Shown piece after piece: positions 26,355-34,415 of a stretch of DNA of 64,000 nucleotides. Within the stretch, counting starts at the first letter, position 1. The number at the start of each line of letters is the position of its first letter. A program made the translations under genes and the position numbers. The stretch lies in IMG/VR virus record IMGVR_UViG_3300032117_000007. The stretch is one strand, 5' to 3'. Origin of the DNA: an uncultured virus (IMG/VR IMGVR_UViG_3300032117_000007). Lineage: Duplodnaviria > Heunggongvirae > Uroviricota > Caudoviricetes. The notes below the pieces were generated by a model. That model saw nothing but the letters and a program-made list of their open reading frames with translations, had not been told where the DNA came from and searched no databases.

Positions 26355-27212
26355 ATGATTACGGAACTTACCAAGGAACAGCAGGATCAGATGCCGATCT
26401 ACCGTGACAAGTGGATTGACATTGGTCTCTCTACTGAGACGATTGATCGTGATGCTGCTGTTGCAGCATTGAATATGGCTTATCAGGCTGCAGATCTTGC
26501 TCCTCCCAAGACGGTTTTGTTTGCGTCTGGTCCCAAGGATATGGTTCGGGTATTTCGTGAGACTTTTCCCAACGCTACTTGGGACGAATTCAATTCCAAT
26601 ATCATCTTCGGTGGTCACGAAGCTGACTGGGCTTCTTACATTGACTACTTCCAGGAAGTTGTTGGTCTTGATCTTAACAAGGCCAATGGTCTGATTGAAC
26701 TTGCCAAGAGTTCGGGTTGGGTCTGGGTTTCACAGGATCTTGCCATTATTATGGATCGTCCTTCTCATATTCGTATGGATGAGAACAATGTTCTTCATGC
26801 AGAGGATCGTCCATCTGTTCTCTATCGCGATGGCTTTGCTGTTTATAGTTGGCATGGTCTTCGTGTTCCTCGTGAATGGATCATGGAAAAGGAAACGCTT
26901 ACTGCTGCAAAGGCTCTGGGTCAAGATAATATCGAGATGCGTCGTGCAGCATGTGAAATTGTTGGATGGAGCAAAATTCTTGAGGATCTAAACTATTCTG
27001 TTGTTGAAAAGGACGAGGACGAACAGATCGGCACTCTCGTTGAGGTTGATTTGCCTGATGCCGGTAAGGAAAAGTTTTTGATGGTCAAGTGCGGGACTGG
27101 TCGTGATTTTGCAATCCCAGTACCTCCTGATATGAAGACTGCTTTAGAAGCCAATGCCTGGACTTTTGGTCTCAATCCGGAAGATCTTCGTGAGCTCGAA
27201 GTTCGTACCTGA
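26355..27212 (+). CDS. DUF6745-like protein
   Basis: STExIDRxAA...GxHEAxW...GWVW...DRP...LHxEDRPxxxYRDGFxVYxWHGxRVP...NIEMRR...TGRxFAIPVPPDxxTAxEAxAWTFG; family recognised from motifs. Confidence 0.75.
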   Translation: MITELTKEQQDQMPIYRDKWIDIGLSTETIDRDAAVAALNMAYQAADLAPPKTVLFASGPKDMVRVFRETFPNATWDEFNSNIIFGGHEADWASYIDYFQEVVGLDLNKANGLIELAKSSGWVWVSQDLAIIMDRPSHIRMDENNVLHAEDRPSVLYRDGFAVYSWHGLRVPREWIMEKETLTAAKALGQDNIEMRRAACEIVGWSKILEDLNYSVVEKDEDEQIGTLVEVDLPDAGKEKFLMVKCGTGRDFAIPVPPDMKTALEANAWTFGLNPEDLRELEVRT

Positions 27213-27375
27213 GACTGTAAAGGATCACATCTTTAAATCATGGGACTGTGGCCTCCTCATAAGTGATAGTGCTTATGAGGAGGTTGCTTCATTGAGAAAT
27301 GATGTGATGATTAAAGTCTATTGGAATTTTAGTTGTGATCTTTTATGGGCAATGATGGATCAGTTGGAATGGTAA
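27190..27375 (+). CDS. Diverged array unit ending DQLEW; start uncertain
   Basis: Ends in an ATGGTAA junction coupled to the next unit. Confidence 0.4.
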   Translation: MSSKFVPETVKDHIFKSWDCGLLISDSAYEEVASLRNDVMIKVYWNFSCDLLWAMMDQLEW

Positions 27376-27536
27376 AGAGTGATATTAACAAAGCCAAATG
27401 GCAAGTCCGGGATAAGCACTGGATTTATACGAATGAACTGATCAGAAATCAGGTTTGGGATCAGGTCAGTGATCAGGTTTGGGATCACATCAGAATTCAT
27501 GTTAGGTATCAGGCCGAGGATGATCTGAAATGGTAA
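27369..27536 (+). CDS. QV-array mini-protein, 55 aa
   Basis: MVKSDINK...QVWDQVSDQVWD...DDLKW. Confidence 0.65.
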   Translation: MVKSDINKAKWQVRDKHWIYTNELIRNQVWDQVSDQVWDHIRIHVRYQAEDDLKW

Positions 27537-27733
27537 AGAAAGATATTGATAGTGTCAGATATCAGATCACCCATCAGGTCAGGTATCATGTCAGGGAACA
27601 GGTCTTGGATCATGTCAGGGAACAGGTCTTGGATCAGGTTGGGCATCAGTTTGGGCATCAGGTTTGGTTTCAGGTTTGGTTTCAGGTCATAGAACCGGTC
27701 TTGATTCAAATCTGGGATGATCTAAGATGGTAA
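27530..27733 (+). CDS. QV-repeat mini-protein, 67 aa
   Basis: MVKKDIDS...DDLRW. Confidence 0.7.
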   Translation: MVKKDIDSVRYQITHQVRYHVREQVLDHVREQVLDQVGHQFGHQVWFQVWFQVIEPVLIQIWDDLRW

Positions 27734-27897
27734 GAAATAAAATTGATCGCACAATACTTCAAATTAATAATACATTTCATGATGAGTTCTCTGATTCCGT
27801 TATGAATAAAATTTGGTGGGATGTTACTGGACAAGACGTATATCAAAATTTGAAATATCTTTTATGGGAGCAAATTAGAATTGATCTAAAATGGTAG
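27727..27897 (+). CDS. Diverged array unit, 56 aa (MVRNKID...IDLKW)
   Basis: Conserved termini and 7-nt overlaps, with no regular repeat. Confidence 0.6.
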   Translation: MVRNKIDRTILQINNTFHDEFSDSVMNKIWWDVTGQDVYQNLKYLLWEQIRIDLKW

Positions 27898-27965
27898 AAA
27901 AAAACTATACTCGTCAAATTTGGAATCCTATTTGGAGTCAAGTTATAGAAGATTTGAGATGGTAA
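27891..27965 (+). CDS. Minimal terminal array unit, 24 aa (MVEKNYTRQIWNPIWSQVIEDLRW)
   Basis: Conserved termini and junction. Confidence 0.5.
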   Translation: MVEKNYTRQIWNPIWSQVIEDLRW

Positions 27966-27972
27966 TTTTTTG

Positions 27973-28003
27973 TTGACAATACCATTTAAATGGTGTATAA
28001 ATA
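27973..28003 (+). promoter_or_regulatory. Composite promoter for tmRNA/gp32
   Basis: TTGACA-17 bp-TATAAA; the -10 box is also an exact TATAAATA late promoter. Confidence 0.7.
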
Positions 28004-28007
28004 TAAA

Positions 28008-28297
28008 TGTTGCTGTTGATTGCAATCAAATAGACTTGCTGAGACGGGAGTGCGACTCTCCCCACCTCCACCATAAGCACACGGTATGTCAGAACACTGG
28101 ATGCAAGTCGTGTGTTTATGATGGGGGTGACTAGGTTCGATCAGCTGTGGTAAGGGTTGAGGTAGGCAATGAGTAAGACACGACTCACAATCAGTTCAAA
28201 AACTATAAATGCCAACGATAATGTTGCATTTGAGGGAACTGCCCTAGCGGCATAACCTCATTGGGTATGGGCTCCACCTAGAAACAGAACGGGCCCA
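28008..28297 (+). ncRNA. ssrA: Circularly permuted (two-piece) tmRNA; outer ends approximate
   Basis: T-arm and CACCTCCACCA acceptor end (28073) lie upstream of the GGGGGTG 5' strand (28123) and give G3.U70; tag reading frame 28211-28255 encodes ANDNVAFEGTALAA. Confidence 0.92.
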
Positions 28298-28341
28298 ATA
28301 TACTAACATACTAAAATATACTAATATATACGAGGTTACAT

Positions 28342-29253
28342 ATGAATTCTTTTTCTGCACTAAAATCTTCTTCTAAGAGTTCCTTGGAGAAGTTGACACA
28401 AGAACTTTCAAAGCTAAATTCTGGTACTGAATCATCTAAGGATACTCGCTTCTGGTATCCCAATGTTGATAAGGCAGGTAATGGATTTGCTATGATCCGA
28501 TTCCTACCTCCTTCTGCTAATGAAGATGTTCCATTCATTCGTATGTTTGAACATGCTTTCAAAGGCCCAACTGGACTTTGGTATTTTGAAAATTCTCTAA
28601 CTACTATCGGCAAGAATGATCCTGTCGGTGAATTGAATTCCGTTCTTTGGAATCAATCATCTGATGAAAATTCACCTGGTCGTAAGCAGGCACGAGAACA
28701 AAAGCGTAAGCTAAGTTATATCTCAAACATTTATGTTATCCAAGACTCTGCCAATCCAGAGAATAACGGAAAGGTTTTTCTCTTTAAGTATGGCAAGAAA
28801 ATCTTTGATAAGCTAAATGAGGTCATGAATCCTCAGTTTGAAGATGAAAAGCCAATGAATCCTTTTGACTTCTGGGCTGGTGCTACATTCAAGCTCAAGA
28901 TTCGGAATGTTGAAGGGTATCGCAATTATGATAAGTCAGAATTTGCAACACCTGGCCCTCTATTTGATGATGACGATGCTATGGAGAAGGTTTGGAATCA
29001 GCAACATTCTCTGCAAGCATTCCTTGACCCTAGCAACTTCAAGAGTTATGAAGAACTCAAGAAGAAGCTTGATAAGGTTTTGGGACTTGATGATGCATCT
29101 AAGCTTACAAAGGCTCGGACAAAGACACCTGAGCCTGAGGATGATGAACTACCATGGACACCACCTAAGGTTGAACGTGCGGCAGTTCAGTCTTCTACGT
29201 CAGATGATGAAGATGATGACTTAGAATTCTTCAAACGTCTTTCAAAGGACTAA
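28342..29253 (+). CDS. 32: Single-stranded DNA-binding protein gp32
   Basis: DKAGNGFAMIRFLP, HAFKGPxGxWY, FKYGKKIFDK, NPFDFWxGA, YRNYDKSEF; acidic tail. Confidence 0.97.
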   Translation: MNSFSALKSSSKSSLEKLTQELSKLNSGTESSKDTRFWYPNVDKAGNGFAMIRFLPPSANEDVPFIRMFEHAFKGPTGLWYFENSLTTIGKNDPVGELNSVLWNQSSDENSPGRKQAREQKRKLSYISNIYVIQDSANPENNGKVFLFKYGKKIFDKLNEVMNPQFEDEKPMNPFDFWAGATFKLKIRNVEGYRNYDKSEFATPGPLFDDDDAMEKVWNQQHSLQAFLDPSNFKSYEELKKKLDKVLGLDDASKLTKARTKTPEPEDDELPWTPPKVERAAVQSSTSDDEDDDLEFFKRLSKD

Positions 29254-29258
29254 TAAAG

Positions 29259-29290
29259 AAAGCCCTGGGGAAACTCAGGGCTTTTCTTTT
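29259..29290. terminator. Bidirectional intrinsic terminator between convergent genes
   Basis: AAAGCCCTGGG-GAAA-CTCAGGGCTTTTCTTTT. Confidence 0.8.
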
Positions 29291-29293
29291 ATC

Positions 29294-31282
29294 CTATAAA
29301 TCAAATATGTTTTTATATCGTTCGGCTGAATCTGCTGGTTCAAGATTCCCGGGATCATCTTTACTCAAAGGAAATTGGACAGAGCCTAAGCCAGGCATAG
29401 GTTCGGCCGATGGCATTGCAATAGGATTAACAGAAACATTAGGTGTGGCATTAGACCTTGCAGACATTTCACTTTGCGTTGATGCAACTATGGCTTGTGC
29501 ACCAGTAGATGGTTCTGAAGTTTGTGGTGTAGCAGGTTTTGGTTGAAGTTCCTCAAGAGGAACTCCATTTTGTTCAAAACTAATATTATCTGCCGAAAAT
29601 TTAATTTCACTTGCTTTCACACCTACTTTTTTATCCTCAACATTCACATCAATATTATTACCTTGACTTTGTAATAATGAAGAAGATGCTGAAGGTGATT
29701 CTTTTGATAAAGGCATTGCGGAAGGTGGAATATCACCTGGCTCGGGTAAAGCAGGTTGTGGCATAGAAGATTGTGCATCCGAAAATTGTTTCATATTTTT
29801 CAGATGAGCACGTTGTGGATCATCGTATAAATCATCAGGCACTTCTTGGCCATTAATAGATACTGGTATATTACCAATCATTTTATATTGTAAATTATCT
29901 GTGTCTTCTATACCCATACGTTTTGCAAAATTTTGAGCCGAACTTTGTCTAATATTCAATGCTAAATGATTTTCTAGAGAATCAAGCATAGATGGAGTCT
30001 GTTGATAAAAAGATGAACCATAATTGTGTTGTTTTGCATAACCATAAGCAACTTCTTTGGCTTCATCGTCATCACTAAGTTTCATATGTGAAAGAGTTCT
30101 TTTGACTAATGCATCAATTCTTTTATTTTTTTCTGCATCGGAATCTAATCTCCAAGCATCCATCCACTTTTTCATAATATCTTCAGATGGAGCATAAGAT
30201 TGTATTAATGCTTTTGCCTGTTCTTCAGATAAACTTGATACGTCAGGGGAAGAAGGAGATGGAAGATCACCAAATGCTTCTTGTGTTGTTCTCTCACCTT
30301 TTGCAGTTTGCTCAAGATTTCTGAATGATTGTTGTGTTTCTGCAATACCTTCAGGTGTATTTCTTGCTTTATAAAGACCAAGACCAGTTAATGCAGCAAC
30401 AGAAGCACCTGCAGCAATAGTACCACCTGCTGCACTTGTTGCAAATTCCGCAACGGTACCACCTGCTTCTGCTAATGCTGAACCAGCACTACTAAGAAAT
30501 GGAACAGCTTTTGAAAATATATTTGCACCAGTTGCTAGTGCAGAAGAACCAATTCTTTTTGCAAATCCACCAACACCACTTGCAGCGCCGGAAATTAAAT
30601 TTTTACCTTTACTTAAAAGTGAAGAAGTACCTGATTCAGCAAGTAAATTTTCAACCATATCACCTATATTACCTAAAGATCCATGACTTCCTTTTTTGAT
30701 TACTTCTAAAAGTTTTTCAAGAAGAGATGTTGTGGTAGTTTGTTCATCTGTAAGTTCTGTAAGAAGTTTATTTGTATTTGATATTTGAATTGCCACAGAT
30801 CCAATTTCAGAGGCTTTTTTTCTCTCAGCAGTATCAAATCCTTTTTCTGTTGCTTTATTTTGTGATTCAAATGCATTAATAAGTTTTGACAACTGAGGAA
30901 ACATGAAGTCAAATACTTTACCGCCAAATGATGTATCACCAGAAGAAGCAGAAGAACCACCATTTTTTAATGTATTCTTTAAACCTTGTTTTGCTAAAAC
31001 TTCAGGTGATATTTTTGATTCTTCACCTGTATTTCTATCAACAACAACTATATCATCTCGAGAACCAATATCTGACTTTGTTTTTCTTTCTTTTTTCTTC
31101 TTTTCAATACCCATTTCAACAACAGATTCAACTGTTGGTTCAGTTGGTTCTGGGATTTCAGGTTTTAAATTCTGTTCTTCAGCCAGTCTTTTTAAAAGAG
31201 CTTGAAAATTCTCTAATTCCTCAGGTGTAACACCACCAGAACTTGAAGAAGTAACTTTAAATGAAGAATTTTTCTTTGCCAT
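29294..31282 (-). CDS. Tape-measure/baseplate-hub-like protein
   Basis: 662 aa, Ala/Gly/Ser-rich helical middle; located downstream of gp26/gp51. Confidence 0.5.
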   Translation of the reverse strand: MAKKNSSFKVTSSSSGGVTPEELENFQALLKRLAEEQNLKPEIPEPTEPTVESVVEMGIEKKKKERKTKSDIGSRDDIVVVDRNTGEESKISPEVLAKQGLKNTLKNGGSSASSGDTSFGGKVFDFMFPQLSKLINAFESQNKATEKGFDTAERKKASEIGSVAIQISNTNKLLTELTDEQTTTTSLLEKLLEVIKKGSHGSLGNIGDMVENLLAESGTSSLLSKGKNLISGAASGVGGFAKRIGSSALATGANIFSKAVPFLSSAGSALAEAGGTVAEFATSAAGGTIAAGASVAALTGLGLYKARNTPEGIAETQQSFRNLEQTAKGERTTQEAFGDLPSPSSPDVSSLSEEQAKALIQSYAPSEDIMKKWMDAWRLDSDAEKNKRIDALVKRTLSHMKLSDDDEAKEVAYGYAKQHNYGSSFYQQTPSMLDSLENHLALNIRQSSAQNFAKRMGIEDTDNLQYKMIGNIPVSINGQEVPDDLYDDPQRAHLKNMKQFSDAQSSMPQPALPEPGDIPPSAMPLSKESPSASSSLLQSQGNNIDVNVEDKKVGVKASEIKFSADNISFEQNGVPLEELQPKPATPQTSEPSTGAQAIVASTQSEMSARSNATPNVSVNPIAMPSAEPMPGLGSVQFPLSKDDPGNLEPADSAERYKNIFDL

Positions 31283-31283
31283 A

Positions 31284-33524
31284 TTATGCTGCCAATGCTT
31301 GCCCTAGTCGTTGTTTTATTGATATATCTGTTGTGTTTGTTGCTTGTGCTGAAGAAGGAGTAGTGCCAGAACCTTGTTGAACTGGAACAGGAACATTTGC
31401 GGCTATATTTTTAGGTGCTGTAGTTGCTGCTTGATCTGCTGTAGAAGCTTGTGCTAATTGTTGACCGGAACGCTTAGCATAATCTTGCATCCAATGTGCT
31501 TGATATTGTTGTGGAGTAAGACCACGATTTTCTGCTAATGCCGCTTCAGATATTTTCCCTTGAGCATTACCAGTATACCAAACAAGAGGTACTTTTGACA
31601 CATCATTGTTATTTGCTTTTAAAATATCAGAAATAAAATTACCAGCAATTTGATCTTGAATGCCTGGTGGAGCATCTGCTGCACTTTTATATTCTGTTCC
31701 GACACCAAATTTCTTTGTTAAACTCTGCCATGTAGAATCAATAAACTGATATGCACCAGAAGCCGATGAACCTTTAGCATGTATCTTATAATTGCCACCG
31801 GATTCTCGACCTTTGATAGTATCAAGAATTGCTTGAACACCAGATGAAGCAGTAAAGCCAATAAAATCACCTACGGCCGAGGCAGCAGATGATACAGCAG
31901 TTCCGACGGCTGATGCCGCAGATGATAGACCAGAACCAACGGCTTCAGCACCCGAAACAAGTGACTTACCAAGTCTAGAAAAGAAACTGTCGGAACTACC
32001 ATCGGAACTATCAATTACAATCTTTTTTGCATCAAGATTCAAAGCTTCCACTTTTGAATCACCTTCATTTTTATTGACAATTTCATTCACGGCTTTGGGT
32101 AAGGTGATAGGTATACCTTCAGGCGTAAATAATAATTCTGGAACATCTTTATCTTTACCTACTGCTGTGGTAGAAGTTTTTGCAGCAATTTGATCTATAA
32201 TTGAATCAACAAGATCATCAACACTTTTACCTAAAAATTCCGAAGCAACATATCCACCTGCAAAGCCACCAATAAGACCGACCGCAGCACCTACTAAATT
32301 CCCAAATCCAGGAACAACAGAACCTGCCATAGCGCCAATGTATGTTCCTATAACACCACCAACCCAAGCCAAACCAAATTGATCCACTAAATGTGCTATA
32401 ACTTTTGTAACATTTACCTTATAATTTGGATCATTTGAATCTAATTCCATTATTTCAACAAAACCATCATATATTGTCTTTGCAATTAGAGCAGGCATTA
32501 ACACCTTACCTGCAACAGTCTCAACAGCGCCAGCAAGTGCACTGTCAACTGCACCGACGGCTTTACCAGCTATTTTTAAACTTTTTCTTCCAATTTCAGC
32601 GCCTTCACTTGCAACAGAAGAAATACCAGATTTGGCTGATTCCGCAACATTACCTAGTGTTCTTGTTGTTCGTTGCCAAAAACTTTCAGGTGGTGCTTCT
32701 ACAGGTCTGGGTGCTTCTACTTTTGTTGAAGGAGCAGGAGTCTCTACAGGTGCTGGTTCTGGTGCTGGTGTTGTTTCTGCTCTTGAACGTGCAATCTTTT
32801 CAAGACGAGCATCTCTTGCAGAACCTTTTAATTCATTACCATTTTTATCAAATAAATTTATTTTACCTTCGCGTTCAAGTTTCTCAATTCGAGCATCTCT
32901 TGCAGAACCTTTTAATTCATTACCATTTTTATCTAGAAGATCCTCGGGTGAAATTACTCGTTCTTCTTTTAAATCTATCTTTTTGGATGGCTTGTTCGGA
33001 TTCTTTTCAACAGGTTTTTTAAGATTTTCTTCAGGTGTTTCTTGCTCAGCTGTTTTCTGAGCATTTCTTCTTGCTTCTTCTTCTGCAACTCTTTTCCCTT
33101 CCTCAGCTTTTCTTCTGGCTTCTTCTTCCTCAGTTGCTTTTGCTTTTGATTGTTTAACTCTTCTTAAAGCATCAATCAGTCCAGCATTTGAAGAAGCAGA
33201 ACCAGAATCATATTCCGAAATAATATGATTGAGAATTTCATTCTGTTTGACTATATTTGAATGTGCAAGTTCCAACAAGGAATTGCTATTCTCAATCAAT
33301 GAAGCTACACGTTCAACAGAACCCGTAAATGTTCTTTCAATATTATATTCTTCTCGTTCCTCACCTTGCTCCTCAGTATCAAGGGTATCCAAATTTTTAG
33401 AAATTAAAGCATTAAGATTTGGAAACAATGCACTAAAAGTAGCACCGCCAATTTGCTTCAAAGCAGATTTTGCAAATCCAGGAGTATTATTTTGTTTTGG
33501 GAGAGAAGTCTCCTCATTAGCCAC
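31284..33524 (-). CDS. Tape-measure-like protein with C-terminal lysozyme/transglycosylase domain
   Basis: ESGGNY...SSASGAYQFIDSTW...QD; Gly-rich hydrophobic segment; likely GTG start at 33524 after AGAAGGA. Confidence 0.65.
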   Translation of the reverse strand: MANEETSLPKQNNTPGFAKSALKQIGGATFSALFPNLNALISKNLDTLDTEEQGEEREEYNIERTFTGSVERVASLIENSNSLLELAHSNIVKQNEILNHIISEYDSGSASSNAGLIDALRRVKQSKAKATEEEEARRKAEEGKRVAEEEARRNAQKTAEQETPEENLKKPVEKNPNKPSKKIDLKEERVISPEDLLDKNGNELKGSARDARIEKLEREGKINLFDKNGNELKGSARDARLEKIARSRAETTPAPEPAPVETPAPSTKVEAPRPVEAPPESFWQRTTRTLGNVAESAKSGISSVASEGAEIGRKSLKIAGKAVGAVDSALAGAVETVAGKVLMPALIAKTIYDGFVEIMELDSNDPNYKVNVTKVIAHLVDQFGLAWVGGVIGTYIGAMAGSVVPGFGNLVGAAVGLIGGFAGGYVASEFLGKSVDDLVDSIIDQIAAKTSTTAVGKDKDVPELLFTPEGIPITLPKAVNEIVNKNEGDSKVEALNLDAKKIVIDSSDGSSDSFFSRLGKSLVSGAEAVGSGLSSAASAVGTAVSSAASAVGDFIGFTASSGVQAILDTIKGRESGGNYKIHAKGSSASGAYQFIDSTWQSLTKKFGVGTEYKSAADAPPGIQDQIAGNFISDILKANNNDVSKVPLVWYTGNAQGKISEAALAENRGLTPQQYQAHWMQDYAKRSGQQLAQASTADQAATTAPKNIAANVPVPVQQGSGTTPSSAQATNTTDISIKQRLGQALAA
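32806..32933. repeat. 44-bp exact direct repeat, 84 nt apart (DKNGNELKGSARDAR twice)
   Basis: 32806-32849 equals 32890-32933. Confidence 0.9.
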
Positions 33525-33711
33525 CAGATAAATTCCTTCTTTGTTCTTCAAGATCTTTTAAATATTTCAGAAGCATATCAACAAAGAAATCACGTTCAAA
33601 TGGCATCATATCCTCAATTTCACTCAATGAATACTTATGGTGTTGTATGAGTGAAAAATTAGTAAGGTAAAAGTTTTCAAGTGTATTATGGCTTAACCCA
33701 ACGTAAAAAAA
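33517..33711 (-). CDS. 51: Baseplate hub assembly protein gp51, probably expressed as a -1 frameshift extension of gp26
   Basis: Frame reads HNTLENFYLTNFSLIQHHKYSLSEIEDMMPFERDFFV; no start codon upstream of the conserved part. Confidence 0.8.
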   Translation of the reverse strand, partial: FFYVGLSHNTLENFYLTNFSLIQHHKYSLSEIEDMMPFERDFFVDMLLKYLKDLEEQRRNLSGG

Positions 33712-34400
33712 TCTGATAACGTAGTCAGCTCAATCACTCTGTCCTTTCCATTTGCATTTTTGTATTCAAGCTTGTGATATAGTTTTGGAGTCGATTCCAT
33801 AAATTTTATAATTTCTTGATATGTCAATACACCTAGACTATCCAAGAATTCTTCGATTTCTTCTGGTGTATAATTTTTTGGATCGTAAATTTCATCACCA
33901 TCGTAAATCTTATCAATACATCGGACAATCAATTCATAGAATGAATTATCACCACTCTTTAGAAAGTCCTTATCATCAAAAAGTGATGCTGCAGGATATT
34001 TCATAAGAATACCAACATCCTTATTTACTTTAATATTCTTATTTGCATTTTCTGGAAATTTAACTTCTACAGAATTCAAATCAACTTCAAAATTATATAC
34101 TTGATTGTCTTCGTTATCCTTATAGGCAAGCTTTGCAATATTTGAGACCGAAAATGCTCTGATACGTAAAAATAGATATTCAAGATCAAAGATGGGAAGA
34201 ATATCAACATCAAATTTATCTGAAATAGCACAATTATTTACTACTTGCTTGATTGCCTTGAAATAATCAGCTGGATCAGAACTTGTTTTTGCCATAAGAA
34301 GTAATTTTTCTTCTTTCACAAGAAAAGGTCGAAATGTTTCCATCTTTTTAGTCGATGGAATACAAATATCATTCATAGGATATTTCAGTTTAGGTAACAT
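33693..34400 (-). CDS. 26: Baseplate hub subunit gp26
   Basis: LPKL, FRPFLVKEEKLLL, FDLEYLFLRIRAxS, PKL, ends DFF. Confidence 0.92.
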   Translation of the reverse strand: MLPKLKYPMNDICIPSTKKMETFRPFLVKEEKLLLMAKTSSDPADYFKAIKQVVNNCAISDKFDVDILPIFDLEYLFLRIRAFSVSNIAKLAYKDNEDNQVYNFEVDLNSVEVKFPENANKNIKVNKDVGILMKYPAASLFDDKDFLKSGDNSFYELIVRCIDKIYDGDEIYDPKNYTPEEIEEFLDSLGVLTYQEIIKFMESTPKLYHKLEYKNANGKDRVIELTTLSDFFTLG

Positions 34401-34415
34401 ACTAAAGCCTCTCTT

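Larger units (their letters stand above)
25798..27965 (+). repeat. Right array of eight chained QV-type mini-ORFs, interrupted by the DUF6745 gene
   Basis: Units at 25798-25911, 25905-26075, 26069-26284, then about 27190-27375, 27369-27536, 27530-27733, 27727-27897 and 27891-27965; same 7-nt junction overlap as the left array. Confidence 0.88.

Noticed and set aside
18170..27965. QV arrays as a diversity-generating retroelement (TR/VR)
   Set aside because: No reverse transcriptase in the window, variation is not adenine-specific, and there is no single template/variable repeat pair
28040..28073. Stand-alone tRNA-Ala
   Set aside because: Only a T-arm and acceptor 3' strand are present, with no anticodon arm; explained by the permuted tmRNA
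29307..33650. Plus-strand ORFs opposite the tape-measure-like genes (for example 32426-33022)
   Set aside because: Antisense shadows of biased codon usage, with no RBS or motifs
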